The notes under the pieces were generated by a model. It searched no databases and was not told where the DNA came from. It was given only the letters and a program-made list of their open reading frames with translations. From positions 1 through 64,000 of IMG/VR virus record IMGVR_UViG_3300017917_005124: a stretch of DNA of 64,000 nucleotides, one strand, 5' to 3'. The stretch is from a virus. Shown here piece by piece: positions 1-9,656 of this stretch (positions are counted from its first letter, which is position 1; every line of letters begins with the position of its first letter). The translations under genes and the position numbers were made by a program.

Positions 1-2
1 AA

Positions 3-1583
3 ACAGCAACTCAAACATTAACCAATAAAACTGCTGTAACATTTTCTGGTGGAACTTTATCTGGAGGTACTATTTTCTCAGGTTCAACGAACCTTTATAA
101 TATTTTCCAAAAGATTGGTGATGTAGATGGGGTTGTGAATGTAAATGCAGGAACAAACATAACAACTGGCGGAACTGCAACAAGTCCAATAATAAATGTA
201 GCAAATTCTCCTTCTGTAAATAACATAACATTCTCTGGAGCTGCAATTGGAGGGAATGTCCAAGCTGATGCTGGGAGGTTTATTTCTTTAAGTGCAACAA
301 CGCTGTCAGGCGGAACAATTCTTTCTGGAGGAACAAATCTTTATGATATTTTCTTGACTTTAGGAGATTTATCTGGAACTTCAGTTTCCGCAGGCTCAAA
401 CATAAGTATTCAGCAGTCTGGAAATGACTATATTGTTTCAGTAGTTGATTCGCCAAGTTTAAATCAACTAACAGCATCTGGACTAACAACAATTAATTCT
501 AATCTTGTAGTAACAGGAGATACAACTCTAAAGGCAATCTCAGCAACAACTTATTATACAGAAGAGTATATTCAATTTAATCCATCGTATACCGCTGGAA
601 CTGTTAGCGAAGGTAGAATGTATTGGGATGAAAATAATCAAACTGTAAGCATTGGTCTTCACAATGATGTTTCTATGCAACTAGGTCAAGAAACATATTA
701 CTTAATTAAAAATCAGAGTGGAGCAACAATTCAGAATGGTAGAGTTGTAAGAGCTGCTGGTACACTCGGTTCTTCTGGTCGTATTTTAGGCCAATATATG
801 ATTGCTGATGGAACAATTCCAGCAAAATATACTCTTGGTATTGCAATTGAGGATATTATTAATGGTGATGATGGGTATGTTACAGAATTTGGATTAGTTA
901 GAGGAATAAATACAACTGGTTCATTATATGGAGAAACGTGGGCTAATGGAGATGTGTTATGGGTTTCTCCAACAGTTTCTGGTGGTCTTACTAATGTTGA
1001 GCCACAATTTCCAAGTCTTAAGATTGAAATGGCAATGGTAGTAAATGCTGCTGCAAATGGTACAATTTTCGTAAGACCTCATAGATACCCATCAACAAAT
1101 GAAATTCAGGATATAATTTCTTCTGGTAAGACAAATAATTCAATACTTCAATATAGCTCAACATTAAGTGGATATACAAATACAACAACTCCAATATTAA
1201 CCTCAATTAGTGCAACAACAATATCTGGAGGTACAGTTTATTCTGGTTCAACAAATTTGTACGATATTTTTGAGCCAATAAATAAGAGTCCTTATAATAC
1301 ATTTATTTTAACAGCAGGGACAAGCTATAGTTTCACTGGAGCTGTAAATAGTCTTTCTGTTAATAAAACAATAGGTTCTTCTACGCAAGTTAATTTGCCA
1401 TCAAACCCTTCTGTTAATGATTTTTATGTAGTTAAAGATAGAAAGGGAGATTCTAATATAAACCCAATTACTATTTCTGGAGGAACTAAGACAATTGATG
1501 GAAATATAAGTTATTTGATTAAATCAAATAATAAACCATCATTAACTTTTTTATTTGATGGTTCAGAATATATAATAATATAA
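3..1583 (+). CDS. Virion fibre-like protein, 5'-partial
   Basis: Frame is open from position 3 (TATQTLTNKT...). Gly/Ser/Thr-rich with recurring LSGGTIxSGxTNLYDIF modules; C-terminal ...VVKDRKGDSNINPITI... domain typical of phage fibres. Confidence 0.6.
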   Translation, partial: TATQTLTNKTAVTFSGGTLSGGTIFSGSTNLYNIFQKIGDVDGVVNVNAGTNITTGGTATSPIINVANSPSVNNITFSGAAIGGNVQADAGRFISLSATTLSGGTILSGGTNLYDIFLTLGDLSGTSVSAGSNISIQQSGNDYIVSVVDSPSLNQLTASGLTTINSNLVVTGDTTLKAISATTYYTEEYIQFNPSYTAGTVSEGRMYWDENNQTVSIGLHNDVSMQLGQETYYLIKNQSGATIQNGRVVRAAGTLGSSGRILGQYMIADGTIPAKYTLGIAIEDIINGDDGYVTEFGLVRGINTTGSLYGETWANGDVLWVSPTVSGGLTNVEPQFPSLKIEMAMVVNAAANGTIFVRPHRYPSTNEIQDIISSGKTNNSILQYSSTLSGYTNTTTPILTSISATTISGGTVYSGSTNLYDIFEPINKSPYNTFILTAGTSYSFTGAVNSLSVNKTIGSSTQVNLPSNPSVNDFYVVKDRKGDSNINPITISGGTKTIDGNISYLIKSNNKPSLTFLFDGSEYIII

Positions 1584-4500
1584 TAAATTTTTAATATTTA
1601 TAGATATGAGTTTTATATTAAATAATCAAGTATCGTTTTCAGATTCACCAAATCTTGATGCCTTCGGTAGATTAAGAGTTAGTGAGCCTATTTCTTTATT
1701 TTCATCAACACATGTATTCGATAGTGGATACACTTATTATGAGACTTATTTAAGTGGTGGAAGTATAACTTACAATCAAAGTAAATCAGAAGTTCAATTT
1801 AATGTCACTTCTAATGGCAATAGAGTTTTAAGAGAACAACATGGTTATAATAATTATCAACCTGGTAAGGGTCAGCTTATACTTTTGACTGGAGTTTTTG
1901 GAACATCTGTATCAAATACAAGGAAGAGAATTGGTTATTATAACGATGATGATGGTTTATTTTTCGAATTAAGTGGAAATACGTTTGGTGTTGTATTAAG
2001 AACGTCAACAAGCGGCTCACCTGTCGATACCTTCATTCCTCAGAGTAACTGGAATTTAGATACACTCAATACAGGAAGTACATTAAATCCAAGTGGTTTT
2101 CACTTAGACATAACAAAAACACAAATATTCATAATAAATTTTCAGTGGCTTGGAGTTGGAAGGGTGGTCTATGCACTTGACCTTGACGGAGTCATAGTTC
2201 CAGTTCATGAAATTTTAAATGCAAACAATAAGACTTCTGTCTATATGAAGACAGCAAATCTTCCAGTAAGGTATGAAGTAACATCTCAGGGAGGCTCAGA
2301 CTCTACATTTAAGCACATTTGTTCATCTGTTATTTCAGAAGGTGGATTTACCCCACTTCCATATACAAGTGCTGTTTCTAATGGATTAACAACCAGAACA
2401 TTTTCAACAAGACAATCTGTAATTTCTGTTAGACTATCAAACACCTTCAATGGTCAAATAAATAGAGTAAACGTTGAACCTTTGGAGACAGAAATAGCAA
2501 CAACAACAAATTCTGTAAATGCATATTGGGAGCTTATATTGCAGAAGGGATATTTAGGAGAAACAAACTTAGGAGGCTCTCCAACTTGGACGCAATTAGC
2601 AGGTTCTCCAATTGAGTTTTCTGTAAATGGAACAACAACAACGGGTGGAACTGTTTTAGATTCAGGATATATAGTTGCTACAACTCAGGCTGGAGCAAAA
2701 AATGCTGTATCTATTCTTGCAAGCAAGAATTTGATGGCATTAAATTACAGTGGAACATCTTCAGATTTTTTACACTTAGTTGTTACTCCAGATGTAAGTT
2801 CATCTTGGGCTGGAAAAATTAAATTAAGAACACTATATTAATATGGCATTTAGTTATTTATATAATAAGCAGGTTTATCCAGCAGACTTATTCACATTAG
2901 TAAATGATGGTTTAGGTATAACTCCTTTATACATAGATTATGATATAAAGACATTTGATATTGCTATATGGTTTGAATCTGCATTAACTGTTCCACAACA
3001 ATCTGCATTAGATTCTATTGTTGCTAATATTGTTTATGTGGATAAGTCTGGGTATGCAGCATTTTCATTTATTACGGCAACAGAAGAGAATGCAGGTTCA
3101 TTAACAGCTAACACAATAGAATCTTCTTATACTTATGCTACTTATTTAAGCGGAGGTACAATTTATTCGGGTGGAACGAATCTTTATGATATATTTTTAA
3201 CATCATCAGATGGAAATGATATAACAAGAGTTCAGCCAGGAACAAATATAACAACTGGTGGGACAGATAATTTCCCAACTGTAAGTTTGGTTGCATCTCC
3301 ATCTGTAAATAACATAACATTCTCTGGAGCTGCAACAGGTGGAAATGTTTTTGCAACTCAATTAAGCGGTGGGACAATATACTCAGGTTCAACAAATCTT
3401 TATGATATATTCTCAACTGGAACTGGAGACACAACAAGAATTCAACCTGGCTCAAACATAACAACAGGTGGTACAGATAATTTTCCAATAGTAAATTTGA
3501 CCGCATCTCCTTCTGTGAATAACATTACATTCTCTGGAGCTGCGATTGGTGGAACCGTTCAAGCTGGTTCTGGGAGTTTCACATCGCTTTCAGGTGGAAC
3601 ACTAAGTGGTGGAATCATCTATTCTGGTGGAACCAACTTGTATGATATTTTCTTGGGAATTAATGATGATTATGTTAAAAATATAGTAACTGTTGGTCAG
3701 GGTGGACTTGTTGATTTCTCTTCAATAAAAGATGCTGTCGATTCAATTACAGCAGCAACAACATCAAACCCATATGTAGTTAGTGTTGGTCCTGGTATGT
3801 ATATTGAAGATACCATTACAATGAAACCTGGAATATCAGTTGTAGCAAATTCACTTGGAAGTGTATTGGTTATTCCATCGGTAAGTACAAATACTATAGT
3901 TGTTGGGGCAGATGGCTCCTCAATTGTTAATTTGATATTAACAAACGCAAGTGGAGCGGGAGGAAAAGCTGTTTATCACAATGGAACTGGAGGAACTGGA
4001 TTCTTAATCAAGGATTGTAATTTTAATGGAAATGAGACTCAAGTTCATTGTTACGGAACTTCAGCGACATCAATTGTTTATATTGACAGATGTAGTGTAA
4101 CTGGAAATAACACTTATGGATTTAGAGTTGATAATACAGGAACAACTACTTCGCAAATTATATTTACTAACGGTACATATAAAGATACTTCATTACCTGT
4201 TACAACAGATTTTTTCACAGTAATGGGAACTGGCTCTACATGTACAATTACAAATTCTACATTTAGAGTCGCTCAATCAACAGGTTCAACATTCTTAAAA
4301 GCTGAAGATGGTGCGAATGTCAGGATTATAGGCTCAAGTATTAGAGGGTTTGAAAATACAATTCAATGTTTATCTGGCGGTGGTGCTTGTAATTTAATTT
4401 TTGATTCTGTAGGTATCTCTGAATCCACAAACGACATTTTTATAGAAAATCCAGGTACAACAGGTTATTTTAATGGTGTAGCAGATTTTTCTAAAATCTC

Positions 4501-7044
4501 AATAGCTGAAGATAGTCCATTTTTTATCACAAAAACAGACCCGCAGATTATTACTGTTGCAAGTAAGGGAGAGGATTTTACATCTATTGCTGATGCTGTT
4601 AATTTTATTACAAACGCATCTGATAATAATAGATTTTTAATTAAAGTTGGTGCTGGAACATTTGTAGAACCATTAATTGACCTTTCTACAAAGCCATATA
4701 TTTCTATTGTAGGTTCATCAATTCAAACAACACTAATTATTCCTGATGGAAATCACCATGTGATTAGTATGGGTAGTTACAATGAGATTTCATTCTTGAG
4801 TATAAGTGGGGCAACAACTGGTTATGCTGGAATTGCTGCTCTTGATAGTGGAGACTTTTCTCAAGCTCACAAGATTTCAATGCAAGATTGTGATACTGGT
4901 ATATTAATAACATCATCATCACAACCAACTTATTTTTATGGTGAATACATAGACTTAAATGGTGTTTATAGTTGTGGAGTTAGAGTGGAAGCTTCAAATG
5001 GAATCGAAGCATTTGCTAACTTAGAGAACTACTACAACTTACCAAGTGTAACTGGTGTAACTGGTACATATGTATCTGGCTCAGGGGCAACAGCTGATAT
5101 ATTAGCTTCTGGAAATCTTGGAGCTGGAGATGGGACTGCGTTTTATATTGAGGATGGTGCTAATATCACGATTAACTCAACATATGTAGATAGTTGGAGT
5201 AAGGGATTGCATATTGGGAATATAGGACTAGCATCTACATTTACAGCCCCATCAATTTCGCTTTATAACAATGCTACATATGATTTACAGGTAGAACATA
5301 TTTCAGCTAGTGGTACAATCTCAGGAAACTTAACGCAAACTAAGATAAATAACGCAAGTGCAAATGTGTCATGGTCATTCTTAGACCCATCAGATGGAAC
5401 ATATGAAATAACAAATAGGTTATACATGACATTTCCTAATTCTACTCACACAGATTTATCTACAATTATTGTTGAGGGAAGTACAATGGGTTTAATAGAG
5501 GGGGGAGTTTTGACATCTGGAACTGGATTTACAGTTAATGTATCTGCTGGGTTTGGTTACTTAGAGCAATTTCCATATAATGCAGTATTGCAGCGTGTTG
5601 ACTGGAATTCAACATTTATAAATTTATCAGCAAATACAGAGAATTTTATATATTTCAATCAAAATGAGACTTTGATTGCATCTCCATCAAATCCAGACAC
5701 AAAATATAATATTTTATTAGGAAGAGTTGTGACAAATTCAACATCAATAGAATTTATTTCACAATCTCCTCTTAGCGCTAGACATACTTCAAATAAGTAT
5801 TCTGATTTGTTTAGAGAAGCGTTAGGTCCTATTTATTCATCAGGGTCAATTACTTCTGAAGGAATAACTCCATTTACAATAGATGTAACTTCTGGTAAAT
5901 TCTACTATTCTACCAATGTATTTAACCCAGTAGGAGGGACTGGATTAACATTTAACACAGTATATAGAGATGGATTAGGGAGTCATGTTATAAGTGCTAC
6001 AACAATAGTTCCAAGTGGATATTATGATAATGGAAGCGGCACATTAGCTGCAACAACAGCTTCTGCATATACGAAGCATGCATTATATCTTATTGGGGAT
6101 GGTGCTTATGAAAAATACTATTTAGTCTATGGACAGAATGAATATAGTTCATTATTAGAGGTTGAGAATGCTGGATTGCCATTACCTCCTAGTTATTTTA
6201 CAAATGCTCTTACAATAATTGCAACAATAATTACACAACAAGGCGCATCTGGAATAACTGAAATTTTTGATAATCGACCAATTGTTGGATTTAGGTCTCA
6301 AGGTGTCAGCACAGCTGCAAGTACTCACGGAGAGTTGTTAGGTTTAGACGCAGACGACCATCAACAATATTTATTAGTAGATGGCTCAAGAGCTATGTCT
6401 GGAAATTTTAATGTTGGATTAAATCATATTATTAGTGCTGGTACAATAAATAATGTCACAATTCAAGCACATGCATCAAGACACTTGCCGAATGGAGCTG
6501 ACCCGCTTGCAACAGGAATCCCAGTAAGTATAAATAGTCAAAATACAGAAGGAAACGCTAATTCTTTTTCGAGGTCAAATCATACACATGCTCATGGAGT
6601 TCATAGTGGTGGCACTTCACATAGTGTAGTTGATTCTATTGAGAATGGATTTATGTCATCTACAGATAAGATTTATTTTGACACAATATCAGGTCAATTT
6701 AATACAAAGGCAAATTTGTCTGGAGCTACATTTACAGGTACGGTTCAAGCAACAACACTGTCAGGTGGAACGATTTTCTCAGGCGGAACGAATCTTTATG
6801 ACATATTCTCAACTGGAACTGGAGATATAACAAGAGTTCAGTCAGGAACTAATATAACAACTGGTGGGACAGATAATTTCCCAACTGTAAGTTTGGTTGC
6901 ATCTCCATCTGTAAATAACATAACATTCTCTGGAGCTGCAATTGGAGGGAATGTCCAAGCTGATGCTGGGAGGTTTACTTCTTTAAGTGCAACAACACTG
7001 TCAGGTGGAACAATTCTTTCAGGCGGAACGAATCTTTATGATAT
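213..7044 (+). repeat. Dispersed fibre-module repeats
   Basis: 3245-3335 is identical to 6851-6941 (91 nt) and 213-282 is identical to 6908-6977 (70 nt); further diverged copies near 3360-3650. Confidence 0.85.
1606..2841 (+). CDS. Putative virion structural protein (beta-rich)
   Basis: 411-aa ORF with the DAFGRLRVSEP N-terminal motif and QWLGVGRV, lying between fibre genes. Confidence 0.5.
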   Translation: MSFILNNQVSFSDSPNLDAFGRLRVSEPISLFSSTHVFDSGYTYYETYLSGGSITYNQSKSEVQFNVTSNGNRVLREQHGYNNYQPGKGQLILLTGVFGTSVSNTRKRIGYYNDDDGLFFELSGNTFGVVLRTSTSGSPVDTFIPQSNWNLDTLNTGSTLNPSGFHLDITKTQIFIINFQWLGVGRVVYALDLDGVIVPVHEILNANNKTSVYMKTANLPVRYEVTSQGGSDSTFKHICSSVISEGGFTPLPYTSAVSNGLTTRTFSTRQSVISVRLSNTFNGQINRVNVEPLETEIATTTNSVNAYWELILQKGYLGETNLGGSPTWTQLAGSPIEFSVNGTTTTGGTVLDSGYIVATTQAGAKNAVSILASKNLMALNYSGTSSDFLHLVVTPDVSSSWAGKIKLRTLY

Positions 7045-7900
7045 ATTCTCAACGGGTGGTCCAGGCGGGACATCAACATATGTGCAACCAGGTACGAATA
7101 TAATAACTGGTGGAACAGCGAATAATCCAATTGTTTCAGTTGTAAGTTCACCTTCTTTTAATAATTTAACTATATCTGGATTGACATCATCTTCTGGTGG
7201 AGCTATTTTTGCTAATCTTTCTGGAACAAGTATTTTTTCAGGAAGCACAAACCTGCAATCAATATTCAATTTGTTTAGTGCAGCAGATACAACGAAGGCA
7301 AATTTATCTGGAGCTACATTTACAGGACAAGTTAATATTCCAACTTTATCAGCAACAACCTTGAGTGCAACAACATCTGTGTTCACAAGTTCATTCAGAT
7401 TCCCAGTTTCGCCTGTTGCTGGTTTTATATTGACTTCTGATGCGAGTGGTAATGCAACTTGGCAACCATCCCCTACATCAGGAAGTGGTACAACTAAGCT
7501 GGATATACAATCTGTATCAACAGCTACAACAACAACAGCGACAGCGGCTTTAGTTGATGTTCCTGGAATGGTTTTGGCAGCAAGAAATCTTGGGTCGTCT
7601 GCAACTACTTATATTATAAATTTTGCTGGAACATTTTCTAATAACAATAACGCAGGTAACTCAACAATTAGAGCGACATTAAATGGAGTTCAAATTCCAG
7701 GCTCTCCAGTTATGACATTTACAAATGCTGGTGCATCAATGGCTACAGCTCAAAGAAATATAGCCTTAGTTTGTGTAGCAACTGGAGTAAAAAATGGAGA
7801 TGTAATAAAAATTCAGATGTCAGCATCAACTGGGACTTTAACAGCACAGGCTGGTAAGTCACTTTCAATAATAGGAACTTTAAATGCAAATATAGTTTAA
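2843..7900 (+). CDS. Large tail fibre/tailspike with two putative pectin-lyase-like beta-helix regions
   Basis: 1685 aa. Two beta-helix cap motifs (DFSSIKDAVDSI...VSVGPGMY and DFTSIADAVNFI...IKVGAGTF), His-rich fibre motifs (DDHQQYL, HASRH, NHTHAH) and the shared SGGTNLYDIF modules. Confidence 0.6.
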   Translation: MAFSYLYNKQVYPADLFTLVNDGLGITPLYIDYDIKTFDIAIWFESALTVPQQSALDSIVANIVYVDKSGYAAFSFITATEENAGSLTANTIESSYTYATYLSGGTIYSGGTNLYDIFLTSSDGNDITRVQPGTNITTGGTDNFPTVSLVASPSVNNITFSGAATGGNVFATQLSGGTIYSGSTNLYDIFSTGTGDTTRIQPGSNITTGGTDNFPIVNLTASPSVNNITFSGAAIGGTVQAGSGSFTSLSGGTLSGGIIYSGGTNLYDIFLGINDDYVKNIVTVGQGGLVDFSSIKDAVDSITAATTSNPYVVSVGPGMYIEDTITMKPGISVVANSLGSVLVIPSVSTNTIVVGADGSSIVNLILTNASGAGGKAVYHNGTGGTGFLIKDCNFNGNETQVHCYGTSATSIVYIDRCSVTGNNTYGFRVDNTGTTTSQIIFTNGTYKDTSLPVTTDFFTVMGTGSTCTITNSTFRVAQSTGSTFLKAEDGANVRIIGSSIRGFENTIQCLSGGGACNLIFDSVGISESTNDIFIENPGTTGYFNGVADFSKISIAEDSPFFITKTDPQIITVASKGEDFTSIADAVNFITNASDNNRFLIKVGAGTFVEPLIDLSTKPYISIVGSSIQTTLIIPDGNHHVISMGSYNEISFLSISGATTGYAGIAALDSGDFSQAHKISMQDCDTGILITSSSQPTYFYGEYIDLNGVYSCGVRVEASNGIEAFANLENYYNLPSVTGVTGTYVSGSGATADILASGNLGAGDGTAFYIEDGANITINSTYVDSWSKGLHIGNIGLASTFTAPSISLYNNATYDLQVEHISASGTISGNLTQTKINNASANVSWSFLDPSDGTYEITNRLYMTFPNSTHTDLSTIIVEGSTMGLIEGGVLTSGTGFTVNVSAGFGYLEQFPYNAVLQRVDWNSTFINLSANTENFIYFNQNETLIASPSNPDTKYNILLGRVVTNSTSIEFISQSPLSARHTSNKYSDLFREALGPIYSSGSITSEGITPFTIDVTSGKFYYSTNVFNPVGGTGLTFNTVYRDGLGSHVISATTIVPSGYYDNGSGTLAATTASAYTKHALYLIGDGAYEKYYLVYGQNEYSSLLEVENAGLPLPPSYFTNALTIIATIITQQGASGITEIFDNRPIVGFRSQGVSTAASTHGELLGLDADDHQQYLLVDGSRAMSGNFNVGLNHIISAGTINNVTIQAHASRHLPNGADPLATGIPVSINSQNTEGNANSFSRSNHTHAHGVHSGGTSHSVVDSIENGFMSSTDKIYFDTISGQFNTKANLSGATFTGTVQATTLSGGTIFSGGTNLYDIFSTGTGDITRVQSGTNITTGGTDNFPTVSLVASPSVNNITFSGAAIGGNVQADAGRFTSLSATTLSGGTILSGGTNLYDIFSTGGPGGTSTYVQPGTNIITGGTANNPIVSVVSSPSFNNLTISGLTSSSGGAIFANLSGTSIFSGSTNLQSIFNLFSAADTTKANLSGATFTGQVNIPTLSATTLSATTSVFTSSFRFPVSPVAGFILTSDASGNATWQPSPTSGSGTTKLDIQSVSTATTTTATAALVDVPGMVLAARNLGSSATTYIINFAGTFSNNNNAGNSTIRATLNGVQIPGSPVMTFTNAGASMATAQRNIALVCVATGVKNGDVIKIQMSASTGTLTAQAGKSLSIIGTLNANIV

Positions 7901-7901
7901 T

Positions 7902-8693
7902 ATGGATATTTATAATTTTAATATAGCACAATATAATGTAGACCAGATTATAAATGAGGTTTACTTACAAATGAATAAAAGATTAGTTGCTACATATGAA
8001 GGTCAATTAATTGATGGGTATTTTACTGGATATGAAAGTTCTGTTGAGTTTGGGTTCTATATAAATTTAACAATTGAAGAACAAAGTTTATTAAATAATA
8101 TTATATTAAATTATGTTTATAACCCGAAATATGAAGACGATAAAAGGTTTAAAATAAATAATTCTTTTGAAGACCCAAGGTCTATTGATTATGATATAAT
8201 GGGTTTTCATAAAAAAAGAACTATAACTTCAGGTGAACTAAGGAAGGTAGAATATTTTAGAAATTATGACCACTTAACAAAAACTTATTCTGACTTAATT
8301 GTTGTAGAGCTTAGGGAATATTTCAGAAATGAAATAGGTATAGCTCAATATAGAAATCAAACATCAAAGTGGATTTTAAATGATGATACAGAGGGATTGG
8401 TTATTAATTACTCTAAGTATTATTCTCCAGAGGAGGGAATTCAGGAAGGTATAGATAGAAGAACGAATATGATTTCTTCTGCTAAAATTTCATTACTTAA
8501 TGAACTTGCTATTATTTATGGAGAACCAGCAAATCAAAATTATGCATTTGACTTGTTAACTAGTGTTAAGGCTGAAATTGAATATTTTATACAGGGATAT
8601 ACTCAACCTCTTAGAGATTCTATAAATTCTTCTACAAAGCCATATTTAAACTCGACAATAAAAAATGCAATTTTACAACAATTAATATTTTAA
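7902..8693 (+). CDS. Hypothetical protein, possibly fibre-associated
   Basis: 263-aa ORF starting 1 nt after the fibre gene. Confidence 0.6.
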   Translation: MDIYNFNIAQYNVDQIINEVYLQMNKRLVATYEGQLIDGYFTGYESSVEFGFYINLTIEEQSLLNNIILNYVYNPKYEDDKRFKINNSFEDPRSIDYDIMGFHKKRTITSGELRKVEYFRNYDHLTKTYSDLIVVELREYFRNEIGIAQYRNQTSKWILNDDTEGLVINYSKYYSPEEGIQEGIDRRTNMISSAKISLLNELAIIYGEPANQNYAFDLLTSVKAEIEYFIQGYTQPLRDSINSSTKPYLNSTIKNAILQQLIF

Positions 8694-8697
8694 TAAT

Positions 8698-9240
8698 ATG
8701 AAAACATTAATTATAACATTAATAATTACTATAGTACTTGGTTTATTTGTATCTAAAACTTTTAGATATGGATTTTTGACGTTATTAGGTTCTTTTTTGG
8801 TATTTACTCCAATTATATTAATAGGAATATTATATAATGTACCATATTCTCTTTATATGCCTTTTAAAGAAAAGGATTGGAAAGTATTTTTTAAGATATG
8901 GTGGAAGACTATAGATGGTACTTATGCTTTCTTAGGAGATTGTATGTATGAAGGGTTTGCTGAGAGATATGATGAACTTGGAAATGTTTGGGGAGAGTGG
9001 CTTGAAGATTCTGTTACTATGAATGAAAAAACAACGTTTGGTGACAAGCAGACTACTATATCAGCCTCAATTGGATATCTTGAATTTAATAAAATGTTTA
9101 TGTTTAAGAGAGGTCATAACTTAAGTAAGGCTTTAAATTGGGCATTTAGACAAAAAAGACATGCAATCGGTTCTTGGGAGAAAAAAATAGCTCTTAAGGA
9201 GCTTGAAGATAAAAATTTGCATGGAAATATAAAAAGATAG
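8698..9240 (+). CDS. Hypothetical membrane protein
   Basis: Two N-terminal hydrophobic segments. Confidence 0.55.
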   Translation: MKTLIITLIITIVLGLFVSKTFRYGFLTLLGSFLVFTPIILIGILYNVPYSLYMPFKEKDWKVFFKIWWKTIDGTYAFLGDCMYEGFAERYDELGNVWGEWLEDSVTMNEKTTFGDKQTTISASIGYLEFNKMFMFKRGHNLSKALNWAFRQKRHAIGSWEKKIALKELEDKNLHGNIKR

Positions 9241-9280
9241 AATAATATTCTTTTAACTCTATTTATAGAAAAATATAATC

Positions 9281-9589
9281 ATGATAATTGGAACTGGAAC
9301 TACTGTTTATGAGCAAATACTTTCTGTAAGTGAGGATAATTATCCAGTTACAGGTGCTACTTTTGATGTGTCATTATATAATAATGGATTTTTTGATTCT
9401 GGCACCACAGTTAATATTGTTTTATCAGACGAATCAAGAGGTGTTTATACTGCTATTTGGTCAGCATCTACTATTGGAAACTATCAATTATATGCTAAAA
9501 ATAACTTAACATCTGTTATATTTATTTCTGATTTAGTAATAGTAAAAACTGATGAAGAGATTAGTACAAATGTTTATATAGGATTATGA
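9281..9589 (+). CDS. Small beta-rich hypothetical protein
   Basis: 102-aa ORF preceded by TATTTATA at 9260-9267. Confidence 0.55.
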   Translation: MIIGTGTTVYEQILSVSEDNYPVTGATFDVSLYNNGFFDSGTTVNIVLSDESRGVYTAIWSASTIGNYQLYAKNNLTSVIFISDLVIVKTDEEISTNVYIGL

Positions 9590-9635
9590 TAATATAATTA
9601 TTTATTATTTTTTTTTAAAAAATACAATTTACCCC

Positions 9636-9643
9636 TATTTATA
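9636..9643 (+). promoter_or_regulatory. Putative late promoter motif TATTTAT(A/T), representative copy
   Basis: Also at 9260, 25441, 27170, 30060, 32196, 35760, 40183, 48324, 57698 and 28910-28917 (minus strand), each 10-20 nt before a start codon. Confidence 0.55.
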
Positions 9644-9656
9644 TAAAATCGGGTAA

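Noticed and set aside
213-7044. Diversity-generating retroelement TR/VR pair
   Set aside because: No reverse transcriptase in the window, and the differences are mostly synonymous rather than adenine-specific.
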